A DNA stretch of 64,000 nucleotides from a virus. Taxonomy: Duplodnaviria; Caudoviricetes. Position 1 is the first letter of the stretch. Each line of letters starts with the position of its first letter. Both the position numbers and the translations under genes were made by a program. Under the pieces are notes generated by a model, which worked only from the letters and a program-made list of their open reading frames with translations, ran no database searches and had not been told where the DNA came from. Location of the stretch: IMG/VR virus record IMGVR_UViG_3300020050_009209; one strand, given 5' to 3'. This document shows positions 42,509-51,600 of the stretch, piece by piece.

Positions 42509-43107
42509 GTGAAGTCCCCTTCCGCCTTCTTCATGCGGAGACGGTGAAGGATCATAGGCCCTAGGAATAGAGACGCAAAAGTACCACCTGCCCACCGTTT
42601 ACGGTCGTAGTCCGATAGGTTACGTGAGGCTCTCTCCCTACGCATCTTGATGTTGAAAGCGGCTGCATCTACGGTAGCCTGCTTGAACTCCCCAAAAACA
42701 GGAGCGTGAGCTAGCACCCACGTTGAGTAATCCACGAAACCTTCATCATAAAATGGCTCAACGGACGGAAACTGGCTCAGTGAGCCATGAACCATCTCGT
42801 GAGTCAACTTCTCCAAGGTCTGTCCTGGATTACCCTCTACAGAGGAGCACAGACTAATCTGCCCACTCACCATGTCGAAGCTCGCAGTAGCTCCACTCAT
42901 GTGCATCCCGTCTGGGAGCTTAAGTATTCTAGATTGAGGTTCCGTCCCGAAGGGACCTAGAGCCTCAACCAGAAAACTGTAAATGCGCGGAGCCCAGTCG
43001 ACCACAAACTGGTCCCAGTCCGAGTTGAACACTTGGCATTGAAATGCCTTGCTCGACGTCTTCATGGAGGCCGACTTGAGGTACCTCTGAGCTTCAGGAG
43101 GGAGCAT
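42502..43107 (-). CDS. HEXXH metallopeptidase-like protein
   Basis: THEMVH...DEGF. Confidence 0.7.
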   Translation of the reverse strand: MLPPEAQRYLKSASMKTSSKAFQCQVFNSDWDQFVVDWAPRIYSFLVEALGPFGTEPQSRILKLPDGMHMSGATASFDMVSGQISLCSSVEGNPGQTLEKLTHEMVHGSLSQFPSVEPFYDEGFVDYSTWVLAHAPVFGEFKQATVDAAAFNIKMRRERASRNLSDYDRKRWAGGTFASLFLGPMILHRLRMKKAEGDFTW

Positions 43108-43110
43108 CCC

Positions 43111-43935
43111 TTAGACTTCAGCTCTCTCGTTCTTGACGTCGAAGTGCTTGCGTAGGACCGACTTGATTTGGTCCTTGTACTTCAGCCAAGCTGGGTGCGA
43201 CATCGGGTTGTTCTTGAGGAACGGGATCATCTGATCCCTTACAATCTCGGCGTCCGTATACCCCTGTAGGAGCAAGTCAAAGTAAAGGTCCAGGTCTGGA
43301 GTGACTCTGGGGTTTACCTTCCTAGCCAACTCCTCTCGGATGTTGTCCAAGTCACTCTCTAGAAGGTACTTGTCGAGGTGGTCCCAAGCCCCTGGGTCCT
43401 CAATGACCCTCTCAACGCCTTCCAGGTCCGTCATGGAATCCGTGATGCTCTTGTCCTCATCACCTCTGGTGTCATGCCTAAACTGGTCGATAGCTAGCAT
43501 GTTGAGGGACGTGAGGATGTAGCTCTCCGCTCTCTTTAGAGATTGACCCGACAGGTTCCGTAGAGAGTCAGGCTTAGCTAGGAACTTGAGCATTAGCTCC
43601 GTCATCAAGTCTTCTGCTCGGTTCGGATCGCGATGCTTCATGAGTAGCATCTTGTAAGCCTTCGAGCCAAAGTTGGCGCCGTAACCACTAGGGATCTTAC
43701 GGTCCATCTCTCGTGCGTTCTGAGGCTTGAAGTTCTCAGCAGGTTGATCCTTGATGGGTGGAAGTCCCTCCACCCCGTTCATCAAGAATAACCCGTAGAT
43801 AACTCTCCCGAACCCAGCAGCGGGCCCAGCTGCTAGCTTCACTAGAAGGTTAGCCAGCCTATATCCCCATGGAAGGCTGGCATATACCTTACGACCTAAC
43901 TCACTAGCGACTCTTACTAAGGCGTGTGTATCCAT
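43111..43935 (-). CDS. ECF-like phage sigma factor
   Basis: AEDLMTELMLKF and YILTSLNMLAIDQFR (region 2); LLLQGYTDAEI (region 4-like). Confidence 0.6.
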   Translation of the reverse strand: MDTHALVRVASELGRKVYASLPWGYRLANLLVKLAAGPAAGFGRVIYGLFLMNGVEGLPPIKDQPAENFKPQNAREMDRKIPSGYGANFGSKAYKMLLMKHRDPNRAEDLMTELMLKFLAKPDSLRNLSGQSLKRAESYILTSLNMLAIDQFRHDTRGDEDKSITDSMTDLEGVERVIEDPGAWDHLDKYLLESDLDNIREELARKVNPRVTPDLDLYFDLLLQGYTDAEIVRDQMIPFLKNNPMSHPAWLKYKDQIKSVLRKHFDVKNERAEV

Positions 43936-43961
43936 TACGGATAGTCTACGATAAAAGGATT

Positions 43962-45125
43962 CTACATCCCCCGAGAGACCATCCGCTGAGTGCCCTTTAC
44001 GGACAACCCAATGGTGGTTGCAATCTCGTTGAGATTGCAACCTTCGCTGAGAAGCTTGAGGATCTCAACCTCACGCTCCTGATTCCCCTCCGCAGACCAG
44101 CCCAGAGCCTTGCGGCTAGACTTACCAGAGGCAATCAGCTTCACAGTTTGAGTGAGGTCCACAATGACCTCTTGCTGACACCCATGAGGGTCGACGATAG
44201 CACTCTCCCATGAGACCTCTTCGCTACCCTCTCTTGGGGTGACAACAATCTCCTTGTGCCTACGAGACTTGGTTCGCAACCAGTTCACATAGATATTGAA
44301 GACAGCTCGGTACAAGTACTGCTTGAAGGTACCACGAGTCCTAGGAAGGTGAGGAGACCCAGAGGTATCGTAATCAACGACCTTCCGACCTTTGATTCGG
44401 AACTCCTCCCGAATCGCCTCGTACTTCTCAATGTCTGACTTAGAATAAGTAGCCTCAGAGGACATGCAATCCCCACTAATAGGAGATGGCGCCCACTGAC
44501 CCTTTAACCTAGGGCAACAAAAGAGGCACAAGGTGTGCACTTCCGAGAGGGTAGGTTCAAGACTACTCACTTCCGCATTACCCGTACGGTACAAGTAGAA
44601 GTTTTGGAAACGAGAAACCACCCAAAAGACTTGACGGGTCTTAGGGATCCCGAACTCCCGCTGAAGGTTCTCTCGTTCCTCCTCTTGAAGGTCCTTGGAC
44701 ATCAACCTAAGCTTGCTAGCATAGGAATTCATGTCGGTACCACAAGAAGAGCATACCCCGTGGTCCCTACTCTCCACTTCCTCTAGAAGAGCCTTAGAGG
44801 GACGCTCTACCTTCAATCCCTTAGGGAAGACTCCCAAGACGTATCGGTATACCGCCATCTTGAAAGCACTTTCTTGCATCTTCAGGTAAGCAGCAGCTGA
44901 GGAAGCTGTCACAACCTCAGGCAACCTTACCGAGTAGGAGTTGTCATACTTCCTTAGGAAGTCGGCTTCAAACAACTTGAGCCAGACATGCTGGATGATA
45001 TCCGCCGAGTTATCAGCTACCTTGTTAGCCTTTCGGATCGCACTACTCACAAAGGTGGAGTAATGCTTTACGAAGTCGTTGTTGTTCTTAGGTACGTAGT
45101 CTTCATCAGTCTTTTTAACAAGCAT
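43962..45125 (-). CDS. ECF-like sigma factor with a ~200-aa HTH/HNH-like insertion in region 2
   Basis: ADIIQHVWLKL..KYD / RGTFKQYLYRAVFN..VNWLR; region 4 EREVEILKLLSEGCNLNEIATTIGLS; start set by class I promoter at 45135-45160. Confidence 0.7.
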   Translation of the reverse strand: MLVKKTDEDYVPKNNNDFVKHYSTFVSSAIRKANKVADNSADIIQHVWLKLFEADFLRKYDNSYSVRLPEVVTASSAAAYLKMQESAFKMAVYRYVLGVFPKGLKVERPSKALLEEVESRDHGVCSSCGTDMNSYASKLRLMSKDLQEEERENLQREFGIPKTRQVFWVVSRFQNFYLYRTGNAEVSSLEPTLSEVHTLCLFCCPRLKGQWAPSPISGDCMSSEATYSKSDIEKYEAIREEFRIKGRKVVDYDTSGSPHLPRTRGTFKQYLYRAVFNIYVNWLRTKSRRHKEIVVTPREGSEEVSWESAIVDPHGCQQEVIVDLTQTVKLIASGKSSRKALGWSAEGNQEREVEILKLLSEGCNLNEIATTIGLSVKGTQRMVSRGM

Positions 45126-45756
45126 CGTCTTCCTTACGGAAGTTGGAGGTGAACACTTAACCGAAAACTTGATCCCACACACACACATGACTACTAAGTA
45201 GGATTGAGGTACTGAGGAGGGCTGCTCTATCTAGGGGGGTAGGGTTAGGATGACTGGTTAGGTTGAAAGGGATGTTCGTATCAGGATGATTGGTTTTTGA
45301 GTTAGTTTCGCTACGCTATACCAAAAAGAATAAGATCTGATCGGTATAGGAGGGGTTAAGGATGGTGGTCCTAGGTAGTAACCCCTATCTGAGTCTACTG
45401 AGTCCTTGAGGGACTCTTTGGTCGGAGTGAGTTATGAAGTACCTACCTCAATGCTCACTTACTTACGGGATCTGCCTAACTTTCCACAACTTCATGTTAG
45501 ACTGGAGCGACTCATCTTTCAGAGCCTCCTCTCCAAGGAGAGGACCTTAAGAGACCTTCTAGAGGAAAGAAGCTGACCCCTCTAGACTAACCCACACAGG
45601 CTTTTCAAGTACTGATCAGGAAGTGCTGTCACTACTTGTCCTACTTTCTAGTAGGTATGGAACCCTATAACCCATCCCTCGGTCACTGAGGTTGACCCCT
45701 CTCGTATAGACCTGAGAAACCCCTAGCGCAAGTCATTTTGTTCTGGTACCATCTCA

Positions 45757-46098
45757 TTGAGGTATTTCATGTACTTAGCTAGTGTTGTCGAGCTATCCGA
45801 TGTGAAAGATAGCCCAAAACTACGGGTCAACTTACCTAGCCCTCTACTTATCGGCTCCAAGGTGACTTTGAGCTGTAAAGTGCAGCGTAAGAGGGGACCT
45901 AGGACAGAGGAGCTTTCGATCCAAGGTGAGTTCAGGGTGGTCTCTTGTGTCTTCGATGTCGCCAAACAGCGTCAGTTAGTTTCTATCGAGACTACCCAGG
46001 TAGCTCCAGTGTGGAGGTCCATTCGAAATCCTCCTCAGAGGGGGTTAGCTCCTACTCACTCCCACTTCCTAGTTGATGGTAAGTTATGTCCGACCTGA
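45757..46098 (+). CDS. hypothetical protein
   Basis: ORF divergent from the sigma genes. Confidence 0.55.
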   Translation: MRYFMYLASVVELSDVKDSPKLRVNLPSPLLIGSKVTLSCKVQRKRGPRTEELSIQGEFRVVSCVFDVAKQRQLVSIETTQVAPVWRSIRNPPQRGLAPTHSHFLVDGKLCPT

Positions 46099-46266
46099 GT
46101 ATAGGTAAGCTCACTGATGCGCTACCTCTTGCGATCTGGTTACCTCGTAGTAGCTACGATGTTTACCGGGGGAGCCCATCGGAGATCATCCAAGAGCTTA
46201 CTGGGAACAAGTCTACTTCCATGCGGCAAGCCATCAAGAAGGTCACGAAAAGTCTTGAGGTGACTC

Positions 46267-46280
46267 GTCGAGTGAAGCTG
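46267..46280. repeat. 14-bp direct repeat, copy 1
   Basis: GTCGAGTGAAGCTG at the left GC-shift boundary. Confidence 0.9.
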
Positions 46281-46384
46281 CCCGCGCCCGACCGGCTGCG
46301 GCAGCTCAACGCGGTCGCCATCGTGCAGGTGCGCTCGCTGCTCACCTCGCCCACCGTGAAGCGCCTCGCGCCAGGGAAGAAGAC

Positions 46385-47926
46385 ATGACGAAACGACTCA
46401 AGCGACTGGAGCTGACGTGGATCGGCAAGGAGGACCGGCCCCGCCTGGAGCCACGCATCCTCCTTGAGGACGAGCAGCTGTCCTACGCGAAGCGCGTGTC
46501 AGACGAGGACATCTTCGACAACCGGCTGATCCACGGGGACAATTTGCTGGCGCTGAAGGCGCTGGAGCAGGAGTTTGCGGGGAAGGTGAAGTGCGTCTTC
46601 ATCGACCCTCCGTACAACACGGGTAATGCATTTGAGCAGTACGATGATGGCCTTGAGCACTCTCTCTGGCTATCGCTCATGAGAGATCGACTTTCGCTGC
46701 TGTGGGCGCTTCTGGCAGATGATGGTTCGATCTGGATTACCATCGACGACACCGAGGCTCACTACTTGAAGGTCCTCTGCGATGAACTGTTCGGTCGGGG
46801 GTCGTATGTAGGGAGCATTGTCTGGGAGAAAGACAAGGGAAGGCGGAGCGATACCGCGCTTTCGATCTCTCATGACTATATCCTGCTTTACGCCAAGAAC
46901 TCGAAGATTTGGGGTTCCCGACGGAATCTTCTTGTTCGCGAAGCCCACCAGGAAGGGCGCTACAAGAATCCTGACAACGACCCCCGTGGTCCGTGGTTGC
47001 AAGGAGACAATGGCACTGCAAAGAGTGCAAGTGAAGGAAGTCGTTGGCCAATCACTCTCCCGTCGGGGAGAGTGGTTCGCCCTCCAAATGGTCGCGGGTG
47101 GGCCTTCTCTATCGACACCTTCGAAACCGCGCGGTCCGAGGGACGTGTCTACTGCGGGCGTGATGGAGATGGTATGCCTATCATCAAACGATACTTGTCC
47201 GAGGTGCAGGATGGTGTCGTTCCCCGCAGTTGGTGGCCCGCCGACGATGCAGGGCACAACCAAGAGGCCAAGCGCGATCACCTCAACAAGCTGCTGCAGG
47301 GCGTGACTCCGTTCGCTACGCCAAAGCCGGAGCGTCTTCTTCAGCGAATCCTCACGATTGCGACCAACCCCGGCGAACTCGTCCTAGACTCTTTTGCTGG
47401 GTCGGGGACGACCGGCGCCGTCGCACAAAAGATGGGACGCCGCTGGATCATGATTGAACTCGGTGAGCACTGCTACTCACATCTCTTGCCGCGCATTCGA
47501 AAAGTGGTCGATGGCAAGGACCCCTACGGCATTACGACAGATGTCGAATGGTCGGGAGGCGGAGGCTTCCGCTTCTACAGGCTCGCCCCCTCGCTGCTTG
47601 AGAAGGACAAGTGGGGCAACTGGATCGTCAGCAAGCAGTACCAACCCGAGATGCTCGCCGAGGCGATGTGCAAGCTGGAGGGCTTCCGGTACGCGCCGGA
47701 TCGGGAGGCCTTCTGGAACCATGGTCACTCGACCGAGCGCGACTTCATCTACGTGACCACCCAGAACCTGAGCCCCGACCAGCTCCGCTTCATCAGCGAC
47801 CAGGTTGGCCCCGAGCGCTCGCTGCTCATCTGCTGTGGCGCTTTCCGGGGCAAGCCCGACTTCGCGAACCTGACGGTGAAGAAGATCCCGCAGGCGGTGC
47901 TCGCGCGCTGTGAGTGGGTCGAGTGA
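46385..47926 (+). CDS. mod: Type III R-M Mod subunit (N6-adenine DNA methyltransferase), probably C-terminally clipped
   Basis: LIHGDNL, IDPPYN, TPKPE.LL, VLDSFAGSGTT; GC-rich codon usage. Confidence 0.9.
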   Translation: MTKRLKRLELTWIGKEDRPRLEPRILLEDEQLSYAKRVSDEDIFDNRLIHGDNLLALKALEQEFAGKVKCVFIDPPYNTGNAFEQYDDGLEHSLWLSLMRDRLSLLWALLADDGSIWITIDDTEAHYLKVLCDELFGRGSYVGSIVWEKDKGRRSDTALSISHDYILLYAKNSKIWGSRRNLLVREAHQEGRYKNPDNDPRGPWLQGDNGTAKSASEGSRWPITLPSGRVVRPPNGRGWAFSIDTFETARSEGRVYCGRDGDGMPIIKRYLSEVQDGVVPRSWWPADDAGHNQEAKRDHLNKLLQGVTPFATPKPERLLQRILTIATNPGELVLDSFAGSGTTGAVAQKMGRRWIMIELGEHCYSHLLPRIRKVVDGKDPYGITTDVEWSGGGGFRFYRLAPSLLEKDKWGNWIVSKQYQPEMLAEAMCKLEGFRYAPDREAFWNHGHSTERDFIYVTTQNLSPDQLRFISDQVGPERSLLICCGAFRGKPDFANLTVKKIPQAVLARCEWVE

Positions 47927-47931
47927 AGCTG
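47918..47931. repeat. 14-bp direct repeat, copy 2
   Basis: GTCGAGTGAAGCTG at the right boundary; supplies the Mod stop codon. Confidence 0.9.
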
Positions 47932-48035
47932 GAACTTCCCTGGGGTGAGTCCGATGACGTCCTTGCTACTCTTTTGGTCCACGCTATGCTTCAGTTGAAA
48001 ATCAGTCAACCCGTACCATCCGCCTAAGAGGCCCC

Positions 48036-48221
48036 ATGAAACTAGTCAATGCTATCGCTCTCTCCGTTGTTTTTCTTGTCTTGGTAAGTTCCTGCGTCGC
48101 AGGCGTCTACCTCAAGGTCCAGGGTAAGCTTACTTGGGCTCCCTTTGGGATCTGGATGCTAACCGCAGGGTGCCTGCTTGCCATGGTTGGTTACATGATT
48201 CGAGGGTTGAATCAAAAATGA
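48036..48221 (+). CDS. small two-TM membrane protein
   Basis: Two hydrophobic helices. Confidence 0.6.
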   Translation: MKLVNAIALSVVFLVLVSSCVAGVYLKVQGKLTWAPFGIWMLTAGCLLAMVGYMIRGLNQK

Positions 48222-48295
48222 GATTCTATGGCTGGCGACCCGACCTTCCGGACCATCGAGACCATAGGCTCTCACTTGCAAGAGTTACTTCGTGA
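48218..48295 (+). pseudogene. remnant N-terminus of a C1 peptidase
   Basis: MRFYGWRPDLPDHRD resembles the bacterial C1 peptidase N-terminal motif, followed by an early stop. Confidence 0.45.
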
Positions 48296-48312
48296 AAGTG
48301 GAAGGGTGAGAC

Positions 48313-48588
48313 CTAAAGGTCCTCACGGATACGTTTGCGATCCCAGTTGTACTTGACAGCAAGTGCAACCGCCTCCTGTAGAAGCTCGGAGTTCTTAAGG
48401 GTGTTGTCCAACCCCAGAACCTGAGGTGGTCTAGAGACAAAGCAAAATGCTTCAATAGCCCTTTCGTAGGACTCCCACCTGTAACTCAGGCAGAGACAGT
48501 TGATGATTTGAACAAGAAGCTTTCGACGCTCCTTGTTCCCACCCTCCGCGTTAACCCAGGCTACCCAAGCTTCTTCTATGTGTCCCAT
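48313..48588 (-). CDS. hypothetical protein
   Basis: Class I promoter at 48598-48623. Confidence 0.65.
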   Translation of the reverse strand: MGHIEEAWVAWVNAEGGNKERRKLLVQIINCLCLSYRWESYERAIEAFCFVSRPPQVLGLDNTLKNSELLQEAVALAVKYNWDRKRIREDL

Positions 48589-48626
48589 AGAGTACTCTAC
48601 GGAAAGGCCTAGGTTAGACTTAACCC

Positions 48627-49145
48627 TTACCGACCGTACTCGTACACGAAAACAGGTATGCCCTGAAGCTGCTCCTGAATGATTGGTTCAATCACGGCCC
48701 AGTCCCCTCCGGCAAGCCCTGTTCCAATTTTCGGCATGTGTACGCTCGCGTTGAAAAACTTAGCGTACTCGGCAACCTGCCCCAGACAGGTCCGTAGGGC
48801 TTCGTATCGAATAGGCGGAATGGTAGAATCCACCGAGTGTCGCACACTCTCTTGGGCGATCATATTCACAACCGCCAAGTCGTCACTGACTTTGACAACC
48901 TGGATCTCTCCAAGAGCGAAAGATCCAGATGTTGTGACCATTTTGTCATCATAGTTTCCTCGGAACCCGTAGTTCCCTCGGAACCAATTACGATACTGAA
49001 TCTCTGGTTCGCTCCAACGCTTGGAGATAGAAAGTACGAAACCTGCCCCCCAAGCCCCAACGGTGTTGCAGATATGTACCAGCAGCTTTGGTCCAGGTTC
49101 TTGGGGACGCGTAGCATCCCCCTTTAGGTAAGTGATTGACATCAA
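48627..49145 (-). CDS. macro domain protein
   Basis: YLKGDAT, HICN..G.WGAGF, MPKIGTGLAGGDW. Confidence 0.9.
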   Translation of the reverse strand: MMSITYLKGDATRPQEPGPKLLVHICNTVGAWGAGFVLSISKRWSEPEIQYRNWFRGNYGFRGNYDDKMVTTSGSFALGEIQVVKVSDDLAVVNMIAQESVRHSVDSTIPPIRYEALRTCLGQVAEYAKFFNASVHMPKIGTGLAGGDWAVIEPIIQEQLQGIPVFVYEYGR

Positions 49146-50500
49146 TCAGGACTTTCTGAGTTGAAGTAGCCTCGGAGGACGTTGAAAGAGGATCGAAGGT
49201 TGCGGTAAACCTGAGCCCAGATTTCTTGCACCTTGTTGACATGCTCGAAAGCCCCATCCTCCCCCTTACGGTGAGCTACCTCATGGATGAGCGTAAGCAG
49301 TACCGTATCTTGTTCAAAACATCGGTGAGAGATGAGGACCTTACCGTTATTGTACTGACCCATGAGGAGGTTCGACCTGAACTCAACGATACTGACGTCC
49401 GAGAGAGTTACAGGCTCAACCTCATTGACGACTTTAATCACGTCCAGGAGCTTAGCTTGCTCATCCGTGCTCAGGTCTCCCCAAGAGAGTGTACGAGTGA
49501 CCTCCTTCTCCAGGGACTTCAGAATCTCCTCCTTGGCTCCAAAAGTCTGAGCCAGGACTGCCCCCAAAGGCTTAGAGACAACGATTCCTCGCTTACCCAA
49601 GTGTTCTACGCTCTTGCTTTCCTCCAGGTTGGAGACTGGGATCGCATTTGAACCGTAACGTTCCTGGAAGTTTACTTGTACGTCGTTTGCAATGGACTTG
49701 GAAACACCGTAGTTTGCCGTAACCTCATCAAGTCCCTCAGTCTCCAAGGTTGGCAGGTCCAACATCTGGATAAACTTAGGGAAAAGGATGGATGGCTCCT
49801 TATTTACCGAACTCAGTAAGATGCTACGGCAGTGGTACTTCAGGTTCCACGAGTCGACCATCCTACGGTCACGGTCAAGCTCCACATCCTTCAGGTCATA
49901 CCCAAAGTTGGTCTCAGGGGAGTTCATCACGAAGATCCCCTTCACGTAGATTCGACCCTTGAACTTGGGGTCGAGTAGGAGAGTCCCGTTTCCTGTGACT
50001 ACTTCAGACCGTTTGGCGGTACTCAGGAACAGGAAGCAGTCTCGAAACTTGTCCCAGTCAGACTTGGAGATGCCCCCCACTTCCACTCGGACGCGACTCT
50101 TGTCTTCCCGGCCGGTTTCGATTCGGAACATAAGGACGTCCTCCTGGAAGAGGTCATCGTATTCAATGGTAGGGATCCACACCTCGCTACCATTTCGAAT
50201 CTTGACGTCATGTCCAGCTCGAACAAGAGCCAGCACGCCCAACTTGAGACCCTCTCCAAACTTTCCAATCATGTTGGAATTACCATACTTGGTAGTATGC
50301 CCCAGCAAGAGGGCCTTGAGGGGTAGCGTGCATCCTTCGTTCTCGATACGAAGGTTGTCGTTGTACCAGTCAATCTTGACTGGCGCGTTATGTTCAACCT
50401 CCGCATCCCGAGCGTTCTGTACCAGCTCTCGGATGCCCTCGTAAGCCCCCCAGGTCGGGAGGTAGTTCGTCTTGATGGTGAGCTTAACTTTTGTAGCCAT
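49142..50500 (-). CDS. GHKL-type ATPase with C-terminal HEXXH domain
   Basis: RELVQNARD, G.T.K...IGKFGEGLKLG; LIHEVAH. Confidence 0.82.
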   Translation of the reverse strand: MATKVKLTIKTNYLPTWGAYEGIRELVQNARDAEVEHNAPVKIDWYNDNLRIENEGCTLPLKALLLGHTTKYGNSNMIGKFGEGLKLGVLALVRAGHDVKIRNGSEVWIPTIEYDDLFQEDVLMFRIETGREDKSRVRVEVGGISKSDWDKFRDCFLFLSTAKRSEVVTGNGTLLLDPKFKGRIYVKGIFVMNSPETNFGYDLKDVELDRDRRMVDSWNLKYHCRSILLSSVNKEPSILFPKFIQMLDLPTLETEGLDEVTANYGVSKSIANDVQVNFQERYGSNAIPVSNLEESKSVEHLGKRGIVVSKPLGAVLAQTFGAKEEILKSLEKEVTRTLSWGDLSTDEQAKLLDVIKVVNEVEPVTLSDVSIVEFRSNLLMGQYNNGKVLISHRCFEQDTVLLTLIHEVAHRKGEDGAFEHVNKVQEIWAQVYRNLRSSFNVLRGYFNSESPD

Positions 50501-50508
50501 GCCACACA

Positions 50509-50582
50509 TACGAGAGAGGTGGAGCCAGAGTTAACCGAAAAATTCTTTCGTTTGAGGTTAAGTCCTCCTTGTTGGTCTCGTA
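50509..50582. promoter_or_regulatory. back-to-back class I promoters
   Basis: Minus strand 50509-50534; plus strand 50558-50582. Confidence 0.75.
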
Positions 50583-50591
50583 AGTAGTGGT

Positions 50592-51010
50592 ATGGATACC
50601 GCAGCCAACCTCGCAAGCTTCCTTCAGGAAAACACCGGGTCCGTCTGCGGGACCTGGGAGGGCCACATGCCCGCTGCAAAGCAGCGTGAGCTTCTCGGTC
50701 GCTTCCTCGGCAAGGGGAAGATCTGTATCGAGGGGGATCGTGAAGTGGTAAGCTACACGGTGCGTGTGTGCTTCGGTACGGACTACAACAAGACCACTTT
50801 TAGTTGGAGGTCCTTGTAATGAGGTTCCAAGTTGGGGACGCTGTCAAGCACATCGAATGGCCTGACGAGGGGGTTGTAGTCGAAACCCTCTACAGGAAAA
50901 ACGACCAATCTCACAAAGGAGTCGGAATGACCGTACGTTTCGCGTACGGAGAGGTGTGGGTTGCTGTAAGTAAAGCAGCCCTTGTGAAAAAAAAACCCAT
51001 GATGGGTTAG
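50592..51010 (+). other. two small ORFs (50592-50819, 50819-51010)
   Basis: ATG 9 nt after the promoter; TAATG coupling. Confidence 0.65.
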
Positions 51011-51560
51011 GTTTCGGGGTAGATGTAGAGTGTGGATTGAGAGTTGAGAGCGGGACCTGAGTGTACCTGGTGTCACAGGTACGGGCACACATCAGTCTGA
51101 CGTTGACACGCGCCAGACGGTGACGGTTCGATTCCGTAACCTGGAAGTTCTTGGTAGTGGCTCGGGTCGCGCTTTCAGCTCTCAATCTGTACAGTGTACC
51201 TCCTCTGAGAAAAAAAAACGTCAAGGTGGAAAAAACACCTTGACCCCTCCTCAGAGGAGTACTATAGGTAAGGGGAAGGTGCATTCTTGCACCCATGTGG
51301 AAAGTCTAATGTCTTCAATTGCCATGAACCTACAAGTCACGAGAGAAGCTCAGCAATCGCTGAAGCTCTCCCATGCTTGCATTCAGGGTAGCTTTGCAGC
51401 AGGAGATTTGGCCACACTCTGGTATCCCACCTCTAAGCGGAACTCCAATCCAGAGGTGGGTAACAAAGGCGACTAGTAGAGACAGGAAACTCCTGACTCC
51501 TCTAAAGGTCGCCTGGGTAACCAGAGCGGCCTAAAAGCTTTCTGGGGTACGAGAAAACGG

Positions 51561-51586
51561 TTAAGGGTTCGAGCGGTGTCTACGTA
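51561..51586 (+). promoter_or_regulatory. class I promoter opening the tRNA cluster
   Basis: TTAA-N18-CGTA 14 nt before tRNA-Tyr. Confidence 0.75.
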
Positions 51587-51600
51587 GGGTACGATGATTC

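Larger units (their letters stand above)
46086..48027 (+). pseudogene. phage gene split by the methyltransferase insertion
   Basis: ...TRRVKL joins in frame to ELPWGESDD...VPSA* after removing the insert. Confidence 0.8.

Noticed and set aside
44330-44940. Intein in the sigma factor
   Set aside because: No Hint-domain motifs or C-terminal His-Asn followed by Cys/Ser/Thr
46281-47917. IS element or transposon
   Set aside because: No transposase or terminal inverted repeats
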